A stretch of DNA of 64,000 nucleotides, from contig JBHGNT010000002.1 of assembly GCA_043228905.1 (NCBI GenBank), positions 10,912,001 through 10,976,000 on the forward strand, in the 5' to 3' direction. This DNA is from Azolla caroliniana (taxonomy: Eukaryota; Plantae; Polypodiophyta). The notes under the pieces were generated by a model that searched no databases, was not told the origin of the DNA, and worked only from the letters and a program-made list of their open reading frames with translations. Shown in pieces: positions 38,185 through 49,300 of this stretch. The translations under genes and the position numbers were made by a program. Every line of letters begins with the position of its first letter. The stretch's first letter is position 1.

Positions 38185-41100
38185 TATTGAGAATCAAGCT
38201 CAACTTGGTCTAGTGTGTGAACTCACCTTGAGAGTGAAGAGACACTCCAACGGTCAAGAGTCACCATTATGTGACCACTTTGTATTCTATCATTTAGTAT
38301 GAGGCATAGAATCATATTCTATGACACATAACTTATGAGCTTTCACATTCCCCATGCTCCATGAGGCTTGTAGTTAATGAAGAGAGGGTGACTACATAAA
38401 GCACCCTCCTCCCACCTTGTATAATGTTAAGTCTTTCTCCTTTGTCAATATACTTTTACCTTGCGTATTATCTCTCTCTCTCTCTCTCTCACTCTCTCTC
38501 TCTTACACACACACATAACTCACATCTCTTCCGCTTCACAAGAATCCATCTGTTGATTCTTTACATGGTATCAGAGCGATTTGGTAGCTCGATCTAGCCC
38601 ATTCGCCTCATCGTGATCATGTGTTCTGCTCTACGCCGACGACCAAGAACCGGCTCATAGCTATCGTAGCTTCGCTACATAGCTCACATTCGAAGAGAAG
38701 AAGAAGAAGAAAAATCGACATAATGAATACTCAAATGGGGAGCGCTCTCCCTACCGAGAAGTTGGATCGAAACAACTTCGCATCTTGGGAGTACAAGATG
38801 CACCAATACCTTGTCGGACAAGGCTATTGGAGCTACATCAAAGGAGCGCATGAAGACCGACCCGCCGAAGCGGCTCCCAGATACGCGACATGGAAGCAAG
38901 CCGCAAGCCACGTGATGTATTGTTTGGCGACATGTGTTCACGACCACATGCTCAGTTACATTCGAGAAGCCAAGATGCCGAAGGAAGCGTGGGAAAATCT
39001 ACGAAAGATCTTTGCCGCCAACACGACCGCGAGGAAGCTTCAACTCCACCAAGACTTGAACAACATTCAACAAAGGGACATGTCCATCACGACATACACC
39101 TTGAAGATCAAGGAGCTTTGCGAATCTCTCGGCTCAATAAGCATAAGTATAGATGATGATGAGATGGTGCAAATATGCCTCGGTGGCCTCGCACTACGGT
39201 TTGGCGCGATGCGAACTGCCGTTCTAGCACGGGAGAAATCTCCCTCCTTCTTCGAGCTCCAATCAATGCTATTGGTCGAAGAAAACCACGTGCGTACAAG
39301 GAGCAATGAGTCGGAAGGCCACATGCTCTACACGCACTCTAATGGAGGAAGAGGATGCGGATGAGCGAGAGGCCGATTCGGCCAAGGAAAAGGCGGATGA
39401 GGTTCGACCTACAACAACAACTCCCAATTTCGGCCACAAAACGGAAGCCAACGAGGAACCTTCGCAAGAAGGGGGAGCTTCCACTCCGGCCCGAGCCGTC
39501 AAAACGCAACCGAATGCAGATATTGCGGAAAGCTCGGCCACCACAAAGAAGAGTGCCGAAAGAAGATGCGTGAATCGGCTTCCACAAGCCGACAACTCAC
39601 GAATTACGCGCACGATTCTGACTACGAAGAGTATAGCGGAATGTACGGGCACAACTCTGACTATGAAGATCATAGCGGAATTCATGTACACAACTTCGAC
39701 TGTGGCGGAATGTTCATGATGAAACATAGAGCAAACTCTATGTCGGCCGCTACCTCAACTAGTGCCTCTGGTCCGGAAGACGTATGGTTCGTCGATTCCG
39801 GTGCCTCGAACCATATGACATCTCATCAAGAATGGTTCCGAGAACTTCGAGAGCCGAACCGAACCGGCTATGTCGAAACCGGAGATGACACTATGCACCC
39901 GATTCGGCACATCGACAATGTTCCGTTCGGAAAAGAAGGTAAGCAAAATTACATTAAAAATGTCTTGCATGTACTGACCATTATGAAGAATTTGGTCTCC
40001 GTCGGCCAAATTGTAGAGCAAGGGATGCAAGTTCGATTTAATCAAGGTGGTTGCTTCATCGAAAAAGAAGGCTGACTCATCGCACGCGGACGAAGAGAAG
40101 GCGGGATGTTCATTCTTGATTCACGCAAGATGAAATCCGCCATGTTCGCGAAAAGCACGAAAGCTGACTCCAACATAGAGCTATGGCACAAGCGAATCGG
40201 CCACATCAATCTCAACAAACTCAAAGCAATGAAATCGAAAGGAGTTGTCATTGGACTCCAGACATTCAAAGAGAAGGAGATTGAAGGTGTATGCGAAGCA
40301 TGCCAATTCTGCAAGCAACACCGACACCCATTCCCGAAAGAGCGGAACGTGAGCAAAGGTCTACTCAACGTAGTCCATTCCGACGTATGGGGACCGGCGC
40401 AGACGGCTACATTCGGCAGATGCCGATATTATGTGCTCTTCATCGACAACTTCTCTAGGCACACTTGGATGTACCCGATGCGGCAAACGAGCGAAGTGTT
40501 CGGACACTTCCAAAATTTCAAGAATGAAGTCGAGAAAGCCACGGGCCGACATGTACGATGCCTTCGATCGGATGGTGGCAAGGAGTACTTCTCGAACGAT
40601 TTCACGGCGTACCTCTGAAAGGAAGAAATTCGGCGAGAATTCACTTGCTGACACACTCCGCAACAAAACGGAGTAGCCGAGCGCAAAAATCGGCACATCC
40701 TTGAAGTAGCGCGGGCCATGATGAACGAGAAGCATATGCCCAAGTCATACTGGGCCGAAGCTACAAATACAGCTGTCTACCTAATGAACCGGTGCACAAC
40801 ATCCGGCGTGCACGAGGTCACTCCGCACGAAAAATACTTCGGAAGGAAGCCGGATTTATCGCACATCCGGATATTCGGCGCGATAGCGTACGTGCACATC
40901 CCCGACGAGAAGCGTCAAAAGCTTGACCCGAAGTTGGAGAAATGTATCCTCGTAGGATACTCACTGGAGCAAAAGGGGTACAAGTGCTACAACCCCTCAA
41001 CTCGAAAATCTCAAGTAAGTTGAGACGTCGTTTTTGACGAGTCCGCATCCTGGTACGCACCAGAGACAACTTCGCCTCCGCTCAACCCGGAATTTGCCGA

Positions 41101-43649
41101 ACAAGAGATCGAGGATGAAGATCGCCCTACGCGCATGATCAAAGAAAGTCCGATCACGACCCGACTGAGCAGACCACTAGAGCCTTTGAGCGATCAAAGC
41201 ACATCACGGCCTAGCCTGAAGATGGACAAAGGCAAGGCGAAAATGGCGGAATATGAAGACGATCGCTTCGACGACGATGAATCGACTCACTCACTCGACA
41301 GTGAATTCGGCGGCTTTGATGTACCAATCGGAGCTAAGAAAGCCCTCATCTTTGCAAATGAAAAGCCCCGCTGATCCACTTGTGAAAAGAACCATGTAAG
41401 CCGATTTGGCTACAACGAGTATATGACGTACCATTACGCCTTTATGATGAAGGTAGCGACAGTACGGGAGCCGGAAACCTTTTCGGAAGCCGCTAAGGAC
41501 CCGCGATGGATCGAAGCAATGAACGAGGAGATGCAGGCACTACGGAAGAATGAGACGTGGGATCTCGTTCCCACCTCACCACACAAAAAGGCGATCGAAT
41601 GCAGATGGATCTACAAGGTGAAGTATAACGCCAATGGCTCCGTAAACCGCTACAAAGCTCGACTTGTAGCGAATGGATACGCTCAGACGCATGGCGTCGA
41701 CTACGAAGAGACCTTTGCCCCAGTGGCAAAGATGACGACGGTGTGGACCGTAATTGTGATTGCCGCGGCAAAAGGGTGGCACCTCCATCAAATGGACGTC
41801 AAGAACGCCTTTCTACAAGGCGAATTAGAAGAGGAGGTGTACATGATCATACCACCCGACTTCAACTCGAGCACCCATCCGAAGCCACTCTACGGCCTCA
41901 AGCAAGCACCGCGTGCTTGGCATTCGAAGATAACGCAATATCTTCATCAAATCGGCTTCCGTATGTCAAAATCGGACAACTCCCTCTACATACGAAGCAA
42001 TTCCGCAAGTCCTATCGTCATCATTTTATATGTGGATGACCTAGTTATTGGAGGTGAGCATCTCGTCGAAATCACTAAGGTCAAATCCCTCCTTTCCGAC
42101 AAGTTCGAGATGACGGACATGAAGGAGCTCTACTACTTCCTCGGCATCGAGTTAATTCAAACTCTGGCCAGAATCATGATCTCTCAATGGCACTACATCC
42201 TCAACTTGTTATACAAGTTCGGGATGGCTGAGTGCAAATCCGTGGCAACCCCGCTCGATCGTAATCTCAAACTAGATGCGAGCTCCGGCACCAAAGCGTG
42301 TGAGCCGACTCAGTATCGGCAGCTCATCGGGAGTCTCATCTACCTCACGATCACTTGACCCGATCTCAGTTATCCAGTCGGTCTCCTTAGCCAATTCATG
42401 CAAACACCGCGTGATACTCACTTGGATTGCGCTAAGTGAGTTCTACGATACGTGAGCGGCACAATGGATTGCGACATCCTCTACAAGACCGCGATGCCAA
42501 TACGACTAGAGGGGTACACAGATGCCGATTGGGCTGGCTACAAAACCGATAGAAGATCAACCTCCGGATTTGTTTTCTCCCTTGGCAGCGGAGCAATATC
42601 CTGGAGTAGCAAGAAGCAGCCTACTGTCGCTCTTTCGAGAACGGAGGCGGAATACAGGGGTGCAGCCGTAGCTGCGTGTGAAGCTGTATGGCTCAACAGG
42701 ATTTTGAAGGATCTGGGTGTACCCATCAAGGAATCGACTTCCCTTTACTGTGACAACATGAGCAGTATCTATCTGGCTCGGAACCCGGTGTTCCATGCAC
42801 GGACAAAGCACATCGAAGTGCACTATCACTTCATCCGAGAGCGCGTTCTGGCTGGCGATGTCGACCTACAACACATTAGCACCAATCTTCAAATGACCGA
42901 CATCTTCACCAAAGCCTTAGGAGCTGACAAGTTATGGCAATTCATGATCAATCTTAGATTGACGATCCCTGACCTACCAAGCTTGAGGGGGAGTACTGAA
43001 GACACTACGCAATAACGCATGGATTCCGCAACCACGCAACGAAGAAGCGAGGAGCCGATCTACCGCGCAAAGCCGTGAAGAAAGACGGAAGTTGAAGCAC
43101 AGACTTCGCAACTACGCACGCAAGCCGAAGCACAGACTTCGTAACTGCGCACAACGCAAGCTGGAGCACGGATTCCGCAACTCCGCATAAAGCGAGCCGA
43201 TGCGAACTCCGGAACGCGAGTTGAAGCGGATTTCGGATATCGTCTGAAACCGACCCGACTTGAGCTTGAGGGGGGGTGTTGAGAATCAAGCTCAACTTGG
43301 TCTAGTGTGTGAACTCACCTTGAGAGTGAAGAGACACTCCAACGGTCAAGAGTCACCATTATGTGACCACTTTGTATTCTAGCATTTAGTATGAGTCATA
43401 GAATCATATTCTATGACACATAACTTATGAGCTTTCACATTCCCCATGCTCCATGAGGCTTGTAGTTAATGAAGAGAGAGGGTGACTACATAAAGCACCC
43501 TCCTCCCACCTTGTATAATGTTGAGTCTTTCTCCTTTGTCAATATACTTTTACCTTGCGTATTCTCTATTTCTCTCTCTCTCTCTCTTACACACACACAT
43601 AACTCACATCTCTTCTGCTTCACAAGAATCCATATGTTGATTCTTTACA
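38185..43649 (+). mobile_element. Copia I: full-length degenerate element, same family as A
   Basis: LTRs 38185-38565 and 43277-43649; TSD CGAAC (38180-38184/43650-43654); PBS TGGTATCAGAGC 38566-38577; PPT GAGGGGGGG before 43277. Confidence 0.96.
38723..43015 (+). pseudogene. gag-pol: Copia I gag-pol with several stops and frameshifts
   Basis: EKLDRNNFASWEYKMHQYL, WFVDSGASNHM, LRSDGGKEY, LYVDDL, YTDADWAG, ending PSLRGS. Confidence 0.93.
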
Positions 43650-45747
43650 CGAACTCATGGAATTTTTGGCAACGCAGCAAATTAAGCTATCGCAGGGAAT
43701 GGCGGAGGAGCACGCAGAACAACAAATGATTGAGCATGCGCTCACACGCACAACAGAAAGTGAGGATTAAGAGCCTCCAGCAAAGGTAGGCAGGCAACGG
43801 AACGCGGGGATTCGGCGTATGGGCATTAAACTACCTCCATTGAATGTGGCCCTGGTCGAGGTACATCGGGAATTGGCTAGAGTCAGTGTGGGGGCCAAGG
43901 ATATGGCTAACAAGAATAAAAACATTTGGAAAACAGTCAAAATAACTCTAGCCCGATTACAGAAGGCCCAAGAGCGCATTATGGAGGTCGAACATAGCGT
44001 CTCTAGGGCACCGCAAAACCCCGAACCAACAACAGGTGAAGACCCATCAATAACCCTACAAGAGGAGATTGCAGCACAAAAGGCCATCGCCGCTAAAGAA
44101 AAAAGGGCTACGTAGCTTGCGGAGTCCGAGATTGACTACCTCCGCGCCAAACTCCGCCAATCCTCCGACAAAGAAAAGGACATCTGGGCCAAAGGCCAAA
44201 GGGCAGTGAAGGCACTCGAAGAGAAACTCGAAGCGGAGGCAGCAACGCACACTAGCACGAAAGAAGAAAACACCAAGCTACGGGAGGAAGCCCAAAAGTT
44301 GGAAGCGGCGATCGCAAGACTCTATGTGTTATTGGAAAAGAAGAAAGCGTGGTACGACGAGCAACTCGTACGGGAACGGGAGGTGACGCATCAGGTCGAA
44401 GTCCGCCTAAACAATGAAATGGGCGGGTTGGAGGAATTACACTTGAAAGAATCCCGGATATGGGCAAAGAGGAAAAACCATTATGAGGAAGCGGCTATGG
44501 TTCATAAGCGAGAAATCGAAAACCTCAAAAAGACCCTAGAAGAAGCGCAAAACCGCTCCCAAGTGATAACAGATAACGAACGCATACTTCTTCAAACAAA
44601 TCAGGAGAGGTTTATGATGCAATTAAAGATGGCGCTAGACAAAGGCTGGATGGCGTGGGCAACACAAGCGGCGGAGTTGCATACCTACCGGGCGGACTGG
44701 GAGAACCGTAGGAAAGAAGGTCGAGGTTTCTACGAACTCAATGAGGAAGGCATTGCGGCAGTACGTAAGGACCTAGCACAGGATTATCGCACGCTAGCGG
44801 ACCAGCACTCGGAGGAACTCGTGCAGCTACTGGAAGATTTCGGTGAAAGTCAGGAGGATATGTTTCACTGAATCATGGAGGCATGCAACATGCGGTAGAG
44901 AGCAGAGCCCATACTAGATAGCGACTCCGCCGAATAGGAGGAACCTCAGCCCACTTCGCCGGAGATGACAACTACGGCCGAGAACACTGAGGATGATATG
45001 GATAGGACAGAGCCTCAGCCTACCACGAGCCCGTAGATGGAAGAGCCAACCACATTAGAAAGGAATGAGCCAGCAGATCCGGCTCCAACCACGTAGGGAG
45101 AAGTTGACACCAGGGAAACCCCCACGACGACCGAGCGAGTACAAGACGCGCCTACGGGCACTATGCCATCCCCAAACCAGGACATACGAGCAGAACCAAC
45201 CATCCGGGATATTTTGGTGGATGAATACAGGGATGGGTCCGGCGTGCCATGGCACTGTCCCACAGGCGTGCCAGGTGTTGTCCGTCGAAATCGTAACTGA
45301 CGGATAGAAGCACAAAAATATTATAATATAGTAAAGCGTTAAGAAGCGAATGTAACGGCTCACGCGGGAAGTGTGAACGGTTGAATACCCTGTGTATATA
45401 AAGGGCAGAAATCCTCTGTAAGAGGAAGCATGTAATTTGGAGTACAGAACGTTTTTCTAATAGAATACTATCTTCTTTGACCTCTGTGCATATCTGTGGC
45501 TATCTGTGTGGTTGTTCGTTGTTTCTCTGTTGCGTATTGTTTAATCGTAAGTGTGTGTAAGCATAAGTGCGTATACTAGTGCACTTCCTAAGGAGTTCGG
45601 TTGTAGCCGTCTCCCTTATACGCTACTAGGATACAAGGTGGTATCCCATTACGATTTACGATAGGACGGTTCCACTCCTTGTAAATATGGTCACCTTGAG
45701 GTCTACCTCGAAGGACTGAGCGTAGACAGTGTTCCTAATCGGTAACA

Positions 45748-46395
45748 GGTACATGGCGTATGTGTATTAATAACCGACGCTTAAATAAAGTGACGATCAA
45801 GAATTCATATCCATTGCCCCAGGCTGACGATCTAATTGACCGTCTCCAGGGATCACGGTATTTTACGAAACTTGATCTCCGTACTGATTACCATCAAATT
45901 CGTATAAGTGAGGAGGATGTTCCTAAAACGACATTTTGTACGCGCCATGGCCATTATGAGTTTTTGGTTATGCCTTTTGGTTTGACCAATGCTTCGGCTA
46001 CATTTCAACAAGAAATGAATGACCTTTTCCGAGAACAGCTTGGAAAATTTGTCGTTATTTTCTTGGATGATATTTTAGTTTATAGCCGTACATTACAAGA
46101 ACATGCCAAACATGTCCGCTTTGTTTTACAAACATTGTGTGACAAATAGTTTTATGCGAAGATCTCAAAATGTGAGTTCTTCAAGAAATCAATTACTTAT
46201 TTTGGACATCTCATAACCGAACGAGGAGTTCAAATTGATCCTTCTTGCATCGAGAAAATCAAGCATTGGCCCACTCTTCAGAATATTCGAGAAGTTTGAC
46301 CATTTCTTGTTTTTGTCGGGTTTTTGCGAAAATCCCTTCGTAATTACTCCGAATTGACAACACCGTTTACTAATCTTCTTAAACGGCAAACGCGT
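45748..46395 (+). pseudogene. pol: Gypsy E reverse transcriptase core
   Basis: [33 protein letters not shown]. Confidence 0.92.
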
Positions 46396-49300
46396 TGTCG
46401 TAGTGTAATTCGCATACTACGTGAAAATTGGGTTTTGTTCCTCTGGATGGGACAAGGAGGAACCGGTAAGGAGGAACCGGTAAGGAGGACCCGGTAAGGA
46501 GAACCGGTGAGAACTGGATGAAGGAGGAACCGGCAAGGAGGACCCGATAAGGAGACCCGGTAAGAACCGAATCAAGCAGAATCGGATAAAGAAGGCCGGT
46601 GAGAGTCTCCCGGTAAAAACCGGATAAAGAAGGCCGGTGAGAGTCTCTCGCCGGATGAAGAGACAAAATTATAAATAGAAGAAAAGATTGTTACATGCAT
46701 AGGGCAAGATTCAAACCCTGTACCTCCACGTAGACAGAACCCAACCTTACCATTGTACTAACTTATCCTAAGTGTTATAAATATAGATTTAATACATATA
46801 AGACCTTTATTTATGCCTACCTTTATTAAAAGGTAAGTCATGCACTTTTAGAATGTGTGAATATTTTATTTATAAGAAAAATGTACACCAATAAAAAATT
46901 ACTCGTGCACATCTAGCGAGCATGAGCACTATATTTAGGAAATAAAAGCATAGTGTAAAAAGCAACTCATGCACATTTAGTGTGCATGAACACTTTAGAA
47001 AAAGCATGAAGCTATGCTTAGCCTCTTCCATCCTTATATAAGGAGGAGAGAAAGATGTATGGTGTTGTTGATTATTTTACAAGGATTGATCAATCTAATA
47101 TATTCGTGGGATTCTCGAGCTTATCATCAAAATTCTCTTTCTTACAATCTACATATTGTTTAAATACACTAAACACGTGGGATTCACAAGTTCTATTTCT
47201 TACTTCTCTTCTTACCTATTCATAACTAGCCTTATATTGTATTCTTCCTTCTCCTAGTCCAACACCTCAGTGGTTCCCACCCGACTCACACAACGACCCG
47301 GAGCCGAAAGGCACGACACAAGTGGTGAACCCAACGTGAAACCGGGTGGCAAGAATATGGAATATCAACCGGAGGCTAACAACATGATGGCGATGTTTGA
47401 GTGGATGCTACAAGATTAACGCGTGATGTTGGAGATTGCGGCGACAGTAGAGCAGCTCGTGTAACGGAACGGGCAATTCAATGGGAAAGATATGTCGCGG
47501 TATTTGCGAGAATACAAGGCAGAAATGCTACGGTGCGGGATTTCGGAGGGACTGCAAGTGACATCCTTCAATTGGGTGGCGACCAACGGGCTTGAAGGGA
47601 GTATCCACAAGATACGACAGCCAAAGCCGACATGGGAGGCATTTGAAGAGGCGCTAAAGATTACGTTCTCCATCGAGGACTCCTCCAAGACAAAGAGGAG
47701 GGGATTTGAAGATTGGGTGGAAACACTGAATAAGGGGATGAAGGTCCTCGATGTGTTTTCTTCATTCGAAAGTCGGTTCAGAAGGTTGTCTGCAAGAGAT
47801 CAAGCTATCCTCGCACCGGACAAAGTGATCATGTTCCTACGAGCCGTGGACATCCGGGACCGGAAAGATCTTGGAGTGCTTTTGGAGGACACGACCACTA
47901 AGAGTGGCCTCACCGAAACATGGGAAAGCGTGCGGGATATTGTCGCACGATACACGAAGAGGGGGCAATGGCTTGCTAGCGAAGAAAAGAGGGTTTCAGA
48001 ACCGATTCCGAAATTGAGATCCGGATTGGAAGACCATCAACCGAGGGCTTGGGAGACTACGACCGAGAAGGGAATGGATGCAACCACGGTGGAGCAGTTG
48101 CTGAAAGAAATGGAGAATCTCAAAATCGTGATGGTAAAGAAGTCGGATGACCGTCCCACAAGCTCCAAGTATATGGACCATCGGTGCATATTGTGTGATA
48201 ACAACAAACATGATCGGAGGGATTGGGACAAGCACAAGGAGGCGTTACGACAGGATTTTATCTATTATGAGGGAAATCGGATCCATTCGATGGACTCTCA
48301 GAAGACACTCCGACTGAACTTCAGGAAAGGCGGCATGAAGAAGGTCCTAGAGGAAATAGCGGTGAAAGGTAATTATGCGACAACCGCAGGAATAAGTGTG
48401 GGTGAGTCATCGAGAGCAAAGGCATCTTTTTGGCCGGATGTGCTAGAAAACCCTGAGAAAACCAACTCCAATGAGATCCGAAGCACCGCGGAAGGCATCC
48501 GTGAAGCTATGGGATGGGAGTGCCCCATCGATAAGAATAACGTGTACGCCTTATGTCAATTGCATGAAGTGTATATAGACGAGAAACGACGGCGCACGGA
48601 TGATGCGGCTGGACCATCGAAGACACCGGAAAGCTGGAACTTTGGAAGGAAGGGAAAAGAAAAGACAATTCTGGCATTCAAGCTCACCTCAGACATAGAA
48701 CAACAAACAGATTTGAAAAAGGTGTTCAAGGAGAGAATCCTCGATAGCCGGGTCCATGATATTCTTGTGGATCTCGTGAAGAGAAAAAGACCAGGACATA
48801 CGAGATCCACAAGAAGAAGGAGTTCCATGATCTTCTTGTGGATCTCGTGAAGAGAAAAAGACAAAGTACGGAGGTGAACGCTCCAAGGGTAAATGCGACC
48901 ACGGTTTTAATGAATGACACCAAAGTGGAGGACAAAATTCTGAACTCCCACTACATAAGGCCACACTGGGCACGTGCAACTACGGAGACTCCGGTCCGAA
49001 TCAGCAACATCAAAGAGCCCGTGCTAGCATTGATTGATCACGGATGGGAGATCAATTTGATGTCCAAGGAGTTCTACCGGAAGGGGAAGTGGCCTATAAA
49101 CACTAACCATGGATGGAAGATCCGGGTAGCCACTAACGCAACAGAAGATCTATTTGCGGCTTGTCTGGATGTGAGGTGAAGATCGGGGATGTCGAGATCG
49201 ACCAAAATTTCTTCGTACAAGACGAGGTCTCACATTCTGTGATCCTTGGGCAACCCTTTATCACGACTTCACGGATGGAGACAAAAGTACTCGATAGCGG

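Larger units (their letters stand above)
37202..45275 (+). pseudogene. Gypsy F additional ORF downstream of pol (37202-38184 and 43655-~45270; split by Copia I); charged coiled-coil protein
   Basis: Collinear sense-strand fragments 37202-37552, 37677-38184, 43819-44115 and 44206-44871; E/K-rich heptad-like sequence in the distal part. Confidence 0.6.
28377..45747 (+). mobile_element. Gypsy F: non-chromovirus (Tat/Athila-like) element with an extra 3' ORF, interrupted by G and I
   Basis: 472-bp LTRs 28377-28848 and 45276-45747; TSD GGTAT/GGTAC; PBS TGGCACGCCTGGTG at 28853. Removing F rejoins E RT as KKKEG|TWRMCI. Confidence 0.93.

Noticed and set aside
43819-44871. env gene in F
   Set aside because: No signal peptide or transmembrane segment visible; reported as an unknown extra ORF instead.
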